DNA of 64,000 nt, from NCBI GenBank assembly GCA_964650185.1, contig CAZYRN010000001.1, positions 46,284 to 110,283 on the forward strand, in the 5' to 3' direction. Below the pieces are notes generated by a model. The model made no database searches. It saw only the letters and a list, made by a program, of their open reading frames with translations, and had not been told where the DNA came from. Position 1 is the first letter of the stretch, and each line of letters starts with the position of its first letter. Below are positions 1-10,497 of the stretch, piece after piece. Made by a program: the position numbers and the translations under genes. This stretch comes from an uncultured Pseudomonadales bacterium (GTDB lineage Bacteria; Patescibacteriota; Microgenomatia; UBA1400; PJMF01).

Positions 1-270
1 ATAAACAGGAGTGGGAACACAGATAATGTAGACATCTTGATTCTTAAGATCATGCTTGTTGCTGGTGACAATTACCTGGTTATGTTTAAGATACTGCTCA
101 ACATCTTTATCTTGAATTGAAGGTTTGCCGGACCTGATTTCATCAATCTTGTTTTGATTGATCTCATATCCAGTCACCTCATATTTATTGGCCTTATTTA
201 TGGCTATAAAAAGAGGCAATCCTACGTAACCCAGGCCTATCACCGCCACTTTTTCTATTTTCTTTAACAT
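1..270 (-). CDS. Nucleotide-sugar dehydrogenase (UDP-GlcNAc/ManNAc 6-dehydrogenase family), N-terminal part, runs off the window
   Basis: Manual translation from ATG at 270: MLKKIEKVAVIGLGYVGLPL...DVYIICVPTPV (Rossmann GxGYVG and CVPTP motifs). Confidence 0.9.
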   Translation of the reverse strand, partial: MLKKIEKVAVIGLGYVGLPLFIAINKANKYEVTGYEINQNKIDEIRSGKPSIQDKDVEQYLKHNQVIVTSNKHDLKNQDVYIICVPTPVY

Positions 271-343
271 AGAAACTCATTATAACCTTATTTCCCTACT
301 TTCTTAAGCTCTATCCGCCTCTTTCGTGTATACTGAAAAACAG

Positions 344-1600
344 ATGAATCTCTCGGCTAAAAAATCTGCTTTATTGAACTCTACTGGCATAAAATTAATC
401 AGCTATTCTGTTATCGGCGATATGGCTGCGAGTTTAATGGGTGGTTTAGCAACTATTCTTATCTCAAGACGACTTGGCCCAGCCGGCTTTGGTCAGTTTA
501 GTGCTGGATTTGCCCTGACCCAAATCCTGGTCCGAGTTAATGACCTGGGTTTGAGTATGGCGACTACCAAGTTTATTGGTCAGTCAAAAGATAGACTACA
601 GCAGACATCATTCTATAGTCTGATTACTCGATACCGACTGATGCTAAGTGTGGTGATTGTTGCTTTGGGCCTGCTAGCAACAGGTTTTTTAGTCTCAGGT
701 GAGAATAAGACTATTTTAATGGCAGCAGTGGTAGTAACGCTGGCTACAGTTTATTTTGAACATCTTCGTTTTTCCCTCCAGGCTTTACAGTGGATTAAAC
801 AGTCCAGTGTGGCAAATGTGTTTCAGGGCATGATTAAGATGTTGGTGGCGAGCGCGGCTTTCTTTTCCCAAGGTATAAATGTTTTAGTTGTTTTTATGGC
901 ATATATGACTGCACCACTGGTACCTGTAATATTTCGGAGGTATTTTTCTCCAGCCTGGTTAAAAAATTCACTAGTTCAGATTAATTCTAAACAAAAATTT
1001 GCTGTTCACGGTTTTCTCAAACACTCAGCGGTAGCGGTGGTAAGTGCTGGAATTGTTGAAAATTTTGATGTCTTGCTGGCGGCATATTTTTTAAATGATT
1101 ATCAAACAGGCTTATTAGGAGGAGTGACAAAAATTGCGTTGTTTCTTTATATTATCGCTTACGCCATTGGTAATGTTCTTAATCCCAGAGTAGCCGGATA
1201 CACCAGGATTCAATTGAGAAGTTATTATAAGAAAGCTCTCGGCGTGTTAGTGATGGCTTTAGGTGGATTCTTGGTAGCATGGCCGTTAGCGCCATATTTA
1301 ATTACTTGGACAATCGGAGTCGAATATCTGCCTGCCCTAAATGTATTGAGAATTCTGTTGGCCTCTGGGTTCATAAGCATTGGTTTGATGCCGTTTCAAG
1401 CCATCTTCTACGCATTAACTAAAGACTGGTACTTTTCCTTAACTGGCCTGGCTCAAGTGTTGGTCATTGTCGGTGGCGGATTCCTTTTAACGCCAATATT
1501 TGGCATTGAGGGTTTGGCCTGGCTTAGACTGGCTTCAAGGGGAATGTTATTAGTGTTGGCATTGATGGGAAGTGGTTATTTCTTGAGTAAGAAAAATTAA
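344..1600 (+). CDS. Wzx-like oligosaccharide flippase (MOP family)
   Basis: About 12 hydrophobic segments; RRLGPAGFGQFS and NDLGLS motifs; glycosylation-cluster context. Start moved to ATG 344 because the GTG at 326 abuts a TATACT box. Confidence 0.85.
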   Translation: MNLSAKKSALLNSTGIKLISYSVIGDMAASLMGGLATILISRRLGPAGFGQFSAGFALTQILVRVNDLGLSMATTKFIGQSKDRLQQTSFYSLITRYRLMLSVVIVALGLLATGFLVSGENKTILMAAVVVTLATVYFEHLRFSLQALQWIKQSSVANVFQGMIKMLVASAAFFSQGINVLVVFMAYMTAPLVPVIFRRYFSPAWLKNSLVQINSKQKFAVHGFLKHSAVAVVSAGIVENFDVLLAAYFLNDYQTGLLGGVTKIALFLYIIAYAIGNVLNPRVAGYTRIQLRSYYKKALGVLVMALGGFLVAWPLAPYLITWTIGVEYLPALNVLRILLASGFISIGLMPFQAIFYALTKDWYFSLTGLAQVLVIVGGGFLLTPIFGIEGLAWLRLASRGMLLVLALMGSGYFLSKKN

Positions 1601-2508
1601 CCCCACAGCTCCACAAAATAATCCACCGTTCTTCTTATTCCAGTCGTGAAGTCCACTTCTGCTGACCAGCCCAACTCTCTTTTAGCTTTACTGGCATCGG
1701 CGGTTAAGACTAAAGGATCTCCTGGGCGGGGGTCAAAGTGCTTAATATGGGGTTCTTTTTCTAAGGCGGTGGCAATGGTGGTAATGACATCCATCACTGA
1801 TTCCGGATGCTCTGTAGATAAATTTAAATAGTGATACTGCTGTGGCTCCCGCTCTATTAGTTCCAATGCCCGCAGGTGAGCACTGACAATATCATCTATG
1901 TAAACGTAATCACGCTCATGCTCGCCGCTGCCCCACACTGTCACCACATCTTCTTCATAAATTTGTTTAATAAATCGCGGAATGGCGTGTGTTTCCGGCT
2001 GATGATGCTCTTCCGGCCCATACAGATTAAAGTAACGCAGCGCCACACCGGTCATGCCGGCTGTTTCGACATATGATCTCAGCAAACCTTCCATCGCCAG
2101 CTTAGTCATGCCATAGGGATTAATCGGCAGTGTTCGATCGTCTTCTTCAATTGGCACCTTAACTGGTTCGCCATAGATAGCAGCACTTGATGAGAAAATG
2201 AACGTTTTTAGGCCATTTAAGCGCATCGCCTCCAAGACAGAAACTGTTCCTGAGATGTTGTAATCGACATATTTTTGCGGTTGCTCGACGGACTCGCCCG
2301 CTTCTATCAAAGATGCTAAATGAAAGACCACGTCCGCGTCTGCAATTAACTCCATCATTTTAGCCGCGTCACGCACGTCAGCGATGATGGTGTCAAATTC
2401 TGGGTTCACTTTTAAATCAATGATTTTCAGCTCGTGACCCGCTTGGGTTAAAGCTCTGCATAAATGTCTGCCTAAAAATCCGGCTCCGCCAGTGACGATA
2501 ATGCGCAT
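1597..2508 (-). CDS. galE: NAD-dependent epimerase/dehydratase, UDP-glucose 4-epimerase-like
   Basis: VTGGAGFLG, FSSSAAIYG, YGMTK (YxxxK), LRYFNLYGP. Confidence 0.85.
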   Translation of the reverse strand: MRIIVTGGAGFLGRHLCRALTQAGHELKIIDLKVNPEFDTIIADVRDAAKMMELIADADVVFHLASLIEAGESVEQPQKYVDYNISGTVSVLEAMRLNGLKTFIFSSSAAIYGEPVKVPIEEDDRTLPINPYGMTKLAMEGLLRSYVETAGMTGVALRYFNLYGPEEHHQPETHAIPRFIKQIYEEDVVTVWGSGEHERDYVYIDDIVSAHLRALELIEREPQQYHYLNLSTEHPESVMDVITTIATALEKEPHIKHFDPRPGDPLVLTADASKAKRELGWSAEVDFTTGIRRTVDYFVELWG

Positions 2509-2545
2509 ATATTTCCTATCTGTGTATTGCCGCGGCTGGCGGCTG

Positions 2546-3748
2546 TTATGCTACCCAGTATCCTTGAATAAATAGTATTGTATTAAAGATTAGCCAGAAT
2601 GTCGAAAGGACTAACCAGATGATGGCAAGACGGCGGCGCTGCTGGAGTAATTGAGTCATCAAGAGAAAGATGGCGAAGCTGCCCAATAAATAGCGCGGCA
2701 GACTCGAGAAGGTGCCGGTGAGAGTGGGGAGAATGAAGGCGAGGGCGCTAAAGATGACGTAGCTGCGGCGGACTTTGAACCAAGCCCAGATCAGAGCAAT
2801 GGTGCCAAACACACCGGCGAGAAATTCCTGAACATAAGCAAAATACTTTAAATCAATTGGACGAGCGGTTGCTAGAATTTTTAAATATCTCCAAATTACT
2901 TGAGGCAATAAAATAATAGTTTCTTGTCTTCCCGCACCAAATTCCTCTTGAACGTGAAAAAAGTATAGTGGATCGTTAAAAACAATTTTTAAATAAACCA
3001 TATAAGCAATTAAACCAGAGGCACCCATAATAATTATTAATATGTTCTTGTAGTTAGACTTTATAAAGCCGGGAAAATCTACATTTTTGAATAAATATTT
3101 TTGCTCCATAAGTTCCCATACAAGAGCTGGCACAAGAAATACTCCAGTAATTCTAGTTGCAGAAGCTAAAATGGTTAAAAGTGAGGCAGTTAGCCATCTT
3201 CCTTTTTTAGCTTCAATAAAGCACGATAAAACAAAGAATAAAAACATGGCTTCGGTATAAAGTGCATTGAAAAAAAGAGCCGTTGGAAATAAAAACAAAA
3301 CAAGAGTTCCAGTCCACTTTGGAAGTCCTTCAAGCTTTAGAAGATGTTGCCATTTGTATAGAAGGGCCAATGTAAATACAGACGATATTATAAAAAAGGA
3401 TATTTCGAAATGATTAAAAATGAAATTAATGATTCTTAATAATAAAGGGAAAAGTGGAAAAAATGCTTGAATTAATCCAGTTCCCAGATAACCCTTTTTA
3501 GCAATTATTAAATAATGAACACCATCAAAATTCATCCATGAGTATATAGGTTGCGGTAAACTTAAGTTAGCAAGTAATTCAGGATTTGAAAAAGTTGGAC
3601 TGTAAGGAATAAAGATTGACGCTAAAAATGCTGCAATCATTAGTCCAAACTTCCAGGATAGATAGAAACCCAATCGTTGGCCAAAGATCCTCACCAGACC
3701 ATAAAATAGAATTCCGAAGAAAATGATTCCAGAAACACTATTCCCCAC
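2546..3748 (-). CDS. PIG-V-like (GT76) membrane mannosyltransferase; in frame with the upstream ORF
   Basis: NFDGVHYLIIAKKGY, AFFPLFP, YTEAMF, ATRITG, SLPRY motifs; multi-TM. Confidence 0.8.
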   Translation of the reverse strand: MGNSVSGIIFFGILFYGLVRIFGQRLGFYLSWKFGLMIAAFLASIFIPYSPTFSNPELLANLSLPQPIYSWMNFDGVHYLIIAKKGYLGTGLIQAFFPLFPLLLRIINFIFNHFEISFFIISSVFTLALLYKWQHLLKLEGLPKWTGTLVLFLFPTALFFNALYTEAMFLFFVLSCFIEAKKGRWLTASLLTILASATRITGVFLVPALVWELMEQKYLFKNVDFPGFIKSNYKNILIIIMGASGLIAYMVYLKIVFNDPLYFFHVQEEFGAGRQETIILLPQVIWRYLKILATARPIDLKYFAYVQEFLAGVFGTIALIWAWFKVRRSYVIFSALAFILPTLTGTFSSLPRYLLGSFAIFLLMTQLLQQRRRLAIIWLVLSTFWLIFNTILFIQGYWVA

Positions 3749-3820
3749 CAGTCTCGGCCAGGTTTTCTGGGTAAACTGGGATTTAACTTCATAATTGCCT
3801 GGTTCAAGTTGATAAGCTAG

Positions 3821-5377
3821 CTATCCACCAATCTTATCATTATTGATGTAACTAGCTGGAAAGGTCTGATTTGTATCTTTATCTTTAATGTTGGTTTCCC
3901 AGCCGGCAAAATTCATGGTTGGCTCAATGATGGTGGCAGGCTTATCTACTTGAACTTGATAATGACGTGACGAACCCTGCCAGCGCAGAACCTGAATGTT
4001 AGCGCCTCGATCTTCTTCTAATACAGAGGGGACAGGCTGCCAATCCCGTATCTGATAATCATACCCAACTGGCGTGTTCTCATTTAAAGTTGTGCTGCTT
4101 TGGGTAAATGAGTCGTAATCTAGATTTGTCCGGTGAAAATAATCAATCGGTTTGGCTCGCCAGTGGCCAATCAGCTGAATTATGAGTAACAGCAGCCACA
4201 GCCAGCGGCCTTTAGCCGGTGTTTGCCGCCAAACCCAGACCATCACTGGCACAATAAGTACTGAGAAAAATAATGTTAGTCGCCAGGGAAACTGAATGTA
4301 ATTTGCCAGTGGGATCAACTGCCAGAGGGGGGTAGTGAAAGCTAGCTGAAATAAAATTAAAAGCAACGTTAAAATTACTACCACCCAAAGCCAGGAAAAT
4401 TTCCAATCTGATCGTTTATTAAAAAATCTCACGATCATTAAGACCAGAGCCACCAGCAACATCGTCCACTGAAGTAAGCCCATGCCAAAAGAAAGTCCAT
4501 CTACTGACCCCGGATAAGAAAAACCAAATCGAAGTGGTGCAAACAAAAGTTGTGACCAAGTCGCAAAATGACGCGTAAACTCATTTGATAGATTTGCCTG
4601 ATCTAGAACCACTAAGGATTTCTCTGCCAAAGCTGGTAGCCAAAACCATAACGAAAGCGCTAGGCCGCTCAAAATCATCCCACCTAATGACAACCAACTG
4701 CGCCAGTTTTTGCTCAGCCGCAGTGAAGCATAAAGCAAGATGATACCCATGCCAAATAAAACCGCCACATTATGTGATAAGAAAAACAAACCAAACAGCA
4801 GTGTCGGCCAAATCAACTTTGGCCAGTTTCGCCACTTTCGTAAATCCATCTGCCACTCGCCTGCTCTCACCTGCTCTACCAGCCGCAGCAGCCAGGGTAA
4901 AAAGGCCATCGCCATCACCTCGCCAATGCTGCCGCGATAAATAATCGCCGTCAATAAATAAGGAGATAATGAAAAAAAGACTAATCCCAGCCATCTTTCA
5001 TAAAATTTAAACTGCCATGATTTAAGCCACTCATTCATTCCCCACAAGCCAAAAACTAGAAATCCCACCACCAGCAGTTTAAAAGTTAGTTCATAACTAA
5101 CACCCGCGATTGAAAATGGTAAACTCAAGATGTTTGCTAGTGGATAGTTATAGTTAAAGACCGGGTAGCCATAGTGATTGACTAGATTGGGGGCAAAACG
5201 AGGCGGAATTTGACCTTCCCTTACGGCCACCTTGTAGTTAGCAAATCTAGCTAAATGATTTTCACCATCATGAGTATAAGGAAAGCCAGCGTGAAAATAA
5301 TCATTCACATTCAACAGCGTCAGCAATAATATAAAAATTAAGAGTGGAAATTTGGCAAGAAAAGACAGCAATTTCAT
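3821..5377 (-). CDS. GT-C fold membrane protein (PTPS-related/YfhO-like), ended by a probably premature TAG
   Basis: THDGENHLAR, GYPVFNYNYPL, RGSIGE, QFPWR motifs; the frame continues LAYQLEPGNYEV after the TAG. Confidence 0.75.
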   Translation of the reverse strand: MKLLSFLAKFPLLIFILLLTLLNVNDYFHAGFPYTHDGENHLARFANYKVAVREGQIPPRFAPNLVNHYGYPVFNYNYPLANILSLPFSIAGVSYELTFKLLVVGFLVFGLWGMNEWLKSWQFKFYERWLGLVFFSLSPYLLTAIIYRGSIGEVMAMAFLPWLLRLVEQVRAGEWQMDLRKWRNWPKLIWPTLLFGLFFLSHNVAVLFGMGIILLYASLRLSKNWRSWLSLGGMILSGLALSLWFWLPALAEKSLVVLDQANLSNEFTRHFATWSQLLFAPLRFGFSYPGSVDGLSFGMGLLQWTMLLVALVLMIVRFFNKRSDWKFSWLWVVVILTLLLILFQLAFTTPLWQLIPLANYIQFPWRLTLFFSVLIVPVMVWVWRQTPAKGRWLWLLLLIIQLIGHWRAKPIDYFHRTNLDYDSFTQSSTTLNENTPVGYDYQIRDWQPVPSVLEEDRGANIQVLRWQGSSRHYQVQVDKPATIIEPTMNFAGWETNIKDKDTNQTFPASYINNDKIGG

Positions 5378-6420
5378 GGAGTTAACACTTGCTGATATAC
5401 TTTCATCGTTTGTTTGGCAGTTTTCAGCCAGCTAAACTGCTGACTCCACTGATAGGCAGCTCTCACTTTTTCCGCCCGCTTCGTTTTGGACCAACTCAGT
5501 ACTTTTTCGACCCCTTGAGCAATTGACTCTGCGTCAGTTTCTGTGAAAACTGCATGCTCGCCACCAACTTCAATTAATGAAGAGGTGTTAGTCGCTACAA
5601 CTGGCGTCATGCATTGCATCGCCTCTAAAACCGGCAAGCCAAAGCCTTCATATAAAGAAGGCTGGATATAACATAAGGCGCCAGTATAAAAGGCGCTCAG
5701 TTCATCAGTTTCGCCGCTCTGCAGATCAGGCACAAACTTAACTTTATCTGCCACATCGCTGAGCGCCAGCTGGGTTTCAATCCACTGCCACTCTGGAATC
5801 TCTTGTTCTTGAAAGCCCTGACCGACACAAACCAGTTTAGTATGCCGCGGCAGATATCTGACCGCTTTAATTAATTGAGGAATGTTTTTGTTGTAATTTA
5901 TATCGCCCACATACAACACATAATTTTTGGGTAGTTGATACTTGCGCTTCACTGACCTGACCTCATCTTCACTTGCATATTTCAGAGCTGGGTTTGCTGC
6001 TAACTGAATGACGTGAATTCTATCCTGATCAACGCCTAGGTGTTCAATGATATCTGACTTAGATGCCGCTGAATCAGTGATGACCGCCTGAACAGTTTTT
6101 AGAGCAGCTTTTTGTTTAATAAATTTAGCTTTACCTTTGATACCCGGTGGATAATGTTCTGGAAACTTAAGAGGAATGACGTCGTGAACAGTGACCACCG
6201 TCGGCTGCCTTCTCACCATGGGTAAGGTAGAAAAAAACAAATCAAAGTAGGGATAATGAATTAAATCAGGCTGGAACTGGTCTGCTTCCTGCGTACCGGA
6301 GCGAACAATTTGATGATCGTTTAGTTCTTCTAAGAATTGCACCAGCAATCTGGTATAAGCACCAATACCTCTAATCGCATGACCTGTATCGAGGGGAGAA
6401 GTATCAATTAGTATTTTCAT
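5374..6420 (-). CDS. Glycosyltransferase family 4 (group 1)
   Basis: TVHDVIP, KNIPQLIKA, PSLYEGFGLPVLEAM. Confidence 0.92.
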   Translation of the reverse strand: MKILIDTSPLDTGHAIRGIGAYTRLLVQFLEELNDHQIVRSGTQEADQFQPDLIHYPYFDLFFSTLPMVRRQPTVVTVHDVIPLKFPEHYPPGIKGKAKFIKQKAALKTVQAVITDSAASKSDIIEHLGVDQDRIHVIQLAANPALKYASEDEVRSVKRKYQLPKNYVLYVGDINYNKNIPQLIKAVRYLPRHTKLVCVGQGFQEQEIPEWQWIETQLALSDVADKVKFVPDLQSGETDELSAFYTGALCYIQPSLYEGFGLPVLEAMQCMTPVVATNTSSLIEVGGEHAVFTETDAESIAQGVEKVLSWSKTKRAEKVRAAYQWSQQFSWLKTAKQTMKVYQQVLTP

Positions 6421-6423
6421 AAA

Positions 6424-7203
6424 TTAGGCAGGCTGATGTTGGAGCTCCCACAACTTCAAGTATGACATAGGAAAGTAAAGTGCGCTCATGACGCTGAAAA
6501 TAAAACCAGCTACTCCATCTACGAAGCCTTTGTGGCGGAAGAAGAGTAGGGTAAAAGTTTTAAGTGGCTGCCAGATCATAAACTTGATGGTGTTGCTGGC
6601 ATTTACAGATGTTTTGCTCTCAGCTAACTGCTGCGCTTTAAAAGAAGTATAGGTATTCCATTTGCGTAAGTAATCCTGAAAACTGGGGTTGGCGTAGTGA
6701 ATTAGGTGACCTTCTGCCCAAGCCACTTCGCCGTCAACTTGCATTTGCTCATGCACATCCTGCTGAGGCAGTTTGGCTTGGCCATTAATAAAAAGTCTAA
6801 TAACAGGATCTGGATATTGGCCAGTCTTTTTGAAAAAGTGACCTAAAAATAGATTCTTTCGTTTTAGATACCAAGCAACTGGGCCCTGATAATCTGCAGC
6901 CGTAATCAAACGATGCACATGACTAATAAACTTCTTCAGCTCTTCATCAACTACTTCATCGGCATCCAGCTGCAGTACTAGCTCTCCCTTGGCTTTATCC
7001 ATCGCCATTTGCTTGTTAATGTGAAAGTTGGGTTTGTTGGTGGTGGTAATGACTCTGGCACCGTACTTTTTGGCAATCTCCTGAGTTCGATCTGTTGAAC
7101 TGCCATCAACAACCACGATCTCATCAGCCAGTTTTGTCACTGCCTCTAAACAACGACCAATATTTGCTTCCTCATTATAAGTAGCTAAAACAACGCTGAT
7201 CAT
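6424..7203 (-). CDS. Glycosyltransferase family 2
   Basis: SVVLATYNEE, VVDGSSTDRT, LDADE (DxD), VHE. Confidence 0.92.
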   Translation of the reverse strand: MISVVLATYNEEANIGRCLEAVTKLADEIVVVDGSSTDRTQEIAKKYGARVITTTNKPNFHINKQMAMDKAKGELVLQLDADEVVDEELKKFISHVHRLITAADYQGPVAWYLKRKNLFLGHFFKKTGQYPDPVIRLFINGQAKLPQQDVHEQMQVDGEVAWAEGHLIHYANPSFQDYLRKWNTYTSFKAQQLAESKTSVNASNTIKFMIWQPLKTFTLLFFRHKGFVDGVAGFIFSVMSALYFPMSYLKLWELQHQPA

Positions 7204-7207
7204 ATGC

Positions 7208-8800
7208 TTAATATTCTCCTCTTTGCCACTGCTGGCCGTTCCAGTAAATTAGGACGCTTTCTTTCTCCTGGCGATCCTCTGCTTCGGCAATAAAGTGATA
7301 GCGACCAACTCGCTCGCCATAACTAAAGCCTATTCTATCAGGGAGCTGCCTGATGTTGGAGTCATGAAACTCTGCCGGCGGCACTCGCAGGTACCACGCC
7401 AGCAAAATGTATTGATAACCCTCGGGATCTACTATCGCCACTTCTTGGTTGGGGTAGTCTTGGGCAGTAGCTTGAATAATTTGATCAAATCCGGGTTTAA
7501 ATGGTTTTTGCTGCAGTGGATATTGAGTAAAGTACTGCCAGAAATAGTTAAGACTTGCCGCCAAATAAATACTGCCCACCAGGCCAATTAATGCGTATTT
7601 TTTAACATACGAGTGTTTGAGAAAGTAATAATAGAGTTCTTGCAACCCGATGACAGCCATCACCACCATCAGTACCATAAAAAATAAACTCCGCGTCGCG
7701 TGTGGTGCATCAACTGTAATCAGGGCTGGAATCAAGGAGCACAATAGTAAAAACAAGAGCCCAATATTTTTCACCAACAGCTGTTTTTGATCCAATTTCA
7801 ACAATCGCCATTGTTTTTTAAGCATTAATTTAATTGATTGAATTACCAGGCTGAAAATACCCCAAACAGACAGGAAATAAATCGGGAGCGTCAAGTGACC
7901 TAATCTCGGGATGCTGTGCCAAGGATGACCGCCAGCTCCGGTCAGTAAAAAGCTTGGCATAAAACTCGCCACTAAGTTCCTAGCCATCACTTGAAAATAA
8001 TAAACATATTTATTGCCTAAGATAGTTTGCCACACACCGTCAAACTGCGTTCGATAATTAATCGTTTCCTGCCAAACGGACTCATCTTGAAAGATAGTAA
8101 TACCGCTTTTTTGGGCAGACAACGATAGCAGCTGGTAGCCTGCCAATCCACCAATTAAGATTATCCCCACCATCACCCGTAGCCAGTTTTGCTGATGAGC
8201 TATCCGCCATCCGAGAATAAACAACAGCACAAAAGGTAACAATATTAAAGGGGTGTTGTAGGTAAAAACAGCCAATAATAAGAGGATTAAACCAACAAAA
8301 TCTGCTAGTAATCGGTCGGAATTAATCAAAATAGTAATCGCTCCCAAAAACAATGCTAATGCCAGCATCGCCTCAAAAGCCATCCGTGAAAAGAAAAATA
8401 AGACTGGGGTGCTGCCGATGAAAAATGCTAAGAGCAGAGACCATTTCCGACTAAAGTTTAAGCCTCGCCCAAAAAAGTACCCAATCAAAACTAAAGCACT
8501 GCCGGCCAAGGCAGCTGGCAGCCTGACTACCCAATCATTTAAGCCGAATACCTTTAAAAGTGGGATTAAACTAAAAATATAACCTGGCAATTTGTAATCG
8601 CCAAATGACTCATATGTTAATGGCCACTCTCGTCCCCACTCATCTCGGCCAGTTTCCAGTAATGAGTAGGCGTTATATGCTAAAGCAGCCTCATCACGGT
8701 TGAGAATTTGTGGTAAAGAGCCAAGTTGAAATAATCTCAAAGCAAAGCTGATCACCACTATAAAGATTAATAATAGCTTCGTCGTATGTTTACTTAGCAT
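7208..8800 (-). CDS. GT-C membrane glycosyltransferase (PMT/ArnT-like)
   Basis: RDEAALAYNAYSLLETGRDEWG...SFGDYKLP; multi-TM. Confidence 0.85.
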   Translation of the reverse strand: MLSKHTTKLLLIFIVVISFALRLFQLGSLPQILNRDEAALAYNAYSLLETGRDEWGREWPLTYESFGDYKLPGYIFSLIPLLKVFGLNDWVVRLPAALAGSALVLIGYFFGRGLNFSRKWSLLLAFFIGSTPVLFFFSRMAFEAMLALALFLGAITILINSDRLLADFVGLILLLLAVFTYNTPLILLPFVLLFILGWRIAHQQNWLRVMVGIILIGGLAGYQLLSLSAQKSGITIFQDESVWQETINYRTQFDGVWQTILGNKYVYYFQVMARNLVASFMPSFLLTGAGGHPWHSIPRLGHLTLPIYFLSVWGIFSLVIQSIKLMLKKQWRLLKLDQKQLLVKNIGLLFLLLCSLIPALITVDAPHATRSLFFMVLMVVMAVIGLQELYYYFLKHSYVKKYALIGLVGSIYLAASLNYFWQYFTQYPLQQKPFKPGFDQIIQATAQDYPNQEVAIVDPEGYQYILLAWYLRVPPAEFHDSNIRQLPDRIGFSYGERVGRYHFIAEAEDRQEKESVLIYWNGQQWQRGEY

Positions 8801-8809
8801 TGCTCATCA

Positions 8810-10495
8810 TTATAGCGGCTTAATGTGAATAATCTGATAGTCAGCACCATTATTACCATAAAAATCCTTTGCTCTCACCACCTCAAGTTCACCAGCTTTT
8901 GCTTCAAGACGTTCTCTAATCTTGTTTGGACTATCAATTAAAACCACCCCATTTTCCATCTCGGCAAAATTTTTCCATTTATAAGGAGTTGTGTGGTATT
9001 TTTGAAAGGTTTTCAAATGAAAATTACTGGATTGCAGTTGTTGAATTTCTGCACCCGTATAATCGCCGTAGGCTAGAATCCACAAATAAAGCTTGTCATC
9101 CACTCCCGATAAATAAACTTCATCAGCCTGATCATGATATTCCTCTAAAGTTATGGCCATCTCTCGGTAATTCTGTTGCCAATCAGGAGCAGACTTTTCC
9201 GGGTAAATATTGAAGTAGTACCAGAAAAACTCACCAGCCATGATTAGCCAGATAAGTCCTAGTAAGATAGTTACTCGCCGCCATTTTAACCAAAAATAAC
9301 TGATTCCAGAGCTGATGATAATTGCTAATGGCACCAAACCATTCAGTGATCTCAGTGCATGCGGAGTAGTTTCTGGTACAGCAGCAGGAATCAGGGCAGC
9401 CAACCACCAACAAATTAAAATTATGCTAACTCGGCGCTGTTTATTAAATAACTGATAAAGCCCAGCGATGAAAAACGGTAGCAGTGGTAACAAAAATAAG
9501 CCATGTTCTCCAGTGCCGTGACGTAGATTGCTATCACCACTCACAAAGAGATAATTAAGACTCAGATGATCAAAAACATTATTAGCTAACTCTCTTAATA
9601 ACAACAAATGCCGGTGAAAGAAAAAGCGATCTATTATGCTTTCTCCTGCCAGTTGGCGGTAAATATTACTCGTTAAAGGATAATTGAAATAATTTAGGAC
9701 TGAGTTAGTGACATATCTAAAAACCTGAGATTCATGGTAAAACTCTGATTTAATCATCGGAAGCAGTCCTAATCCAAAAATTACTAACGGCAAGACGAGG
9801 TGTAAACCAATTTGTGATATCGTCGCTCTAAGAGTTAACTTTTTTCTTTTAGCCAAAAGTATTTTTGGCAGCAGCCAGCTTAAACCCACCCCCACTAAAA
9901 CCACCGGCCACACAAATCTCACCGAGAAATAGGTATAGGTAGCCAAAATACCAAAGAAAGTGCCGCCTAAAAGCCAGCCTAAGTGCCGTCTGCTTTTGAG
10001 CAGCATCCAGACTGAGATACTGAACCAAAGCTGGGCCACATGTCCTTCGAAAGCTGTCCGAGAAAACATCATCGCCCACGGCGATAAAGCTAATACCAGC
10101 ATGGTCATCAGTTGGGTGCGGCGTTCATTAAATAACTGCCGAGCAATTAGACCACCCATGAACACTGTGCCCAATCCAGCTAAGGCACTTGGTAATCTTA
10201 ATGCCCACTCAGTAACGCCGAATAATTTAACACTGACAGATGCCAACCAGATATAAACTGGCAGCTTGTAATCTCCATAAGAAGGATATAGCAACTGGTA
10301 CCAAGACCGACCATGCATATCTGCCCCTGTTTGACTAACCGTTTTTGCATCTACCAGCATCGCTGCTTCATCCCAATATAATGAAGTTGGTACCTGACCC
10401 AGCTGATAAAACCTGGTCGCGATCGCGATAATTATGACAACGGCAAAACTTAGCTGCCACCGATATTTTTGAAAAAAATGTTTCATCATTTTCAT
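8810..10495 (-). CDS. GT-C membrane glycosyltransferase (PMT/ArnT-like)
   Basis: WDEAAMLVDA...SYGDYKLP, LRHG, PHALRS. Confidence 0.85.
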   Translation of the reverse strand: MKMMKHFFQKYRWQLSFAVVIIIAIATRFYQLGQVPTSLYWDEAAMLVDAKTVSQTGADMHGRSWYQLLYPSYGDYKLPVYIWLASVSVKLFGVTEWALRLPSALAGLGTVFMGGLIARQLFNERRTQLMTMLVLALSPWAMMFSRTAFEGHVAQLWFSISVWMLLKSRRHLGWLLGGTFFGILATYTYFSVRFVWPVVLVGVGLSWLLPKILLAKRKKLTLRATISQIGLHLVLPLVIFGLGLLPMIKSEFYHESQVFRYVTNSVLNYFNYPLTSNIYRQLAGESIIDRFFFHRHLLLLRELANNVFDHLSLNYLFVSGDSNLRHGTGEHGLFLLPLLPFFIAGLYQLFNKQRRVSIILICWWLAALIPAAVPETTPHALRSLNGLVPLAIIISSGISYFWLKWRRVTILLGLIWLIMAGEFFWYYFNIYPEKSAPDWQQNYREMAITLEEYHDQADEVYLSGVDDKLYLWILAYGDYTGAEIQQLQSSNFHLKTFQKYHTTPYKWKNFAEMENGVVLIDSPNKIRERLEAKAGELEVVRAKDFYGNNGADYQIIHIKPL

Positions 10496-10497
10496 AT

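Noticed and set aside
3821-3823. Pyrrolysine or TAG reassignment (and selenocysteine at the cca TGA)
   Set aside because: TAG is the normal stop of fbaB, cca and the GT2 at 62404. No pyl/sel genes are in the window, and the positions are not catalytic Cys/Lys-type sites.
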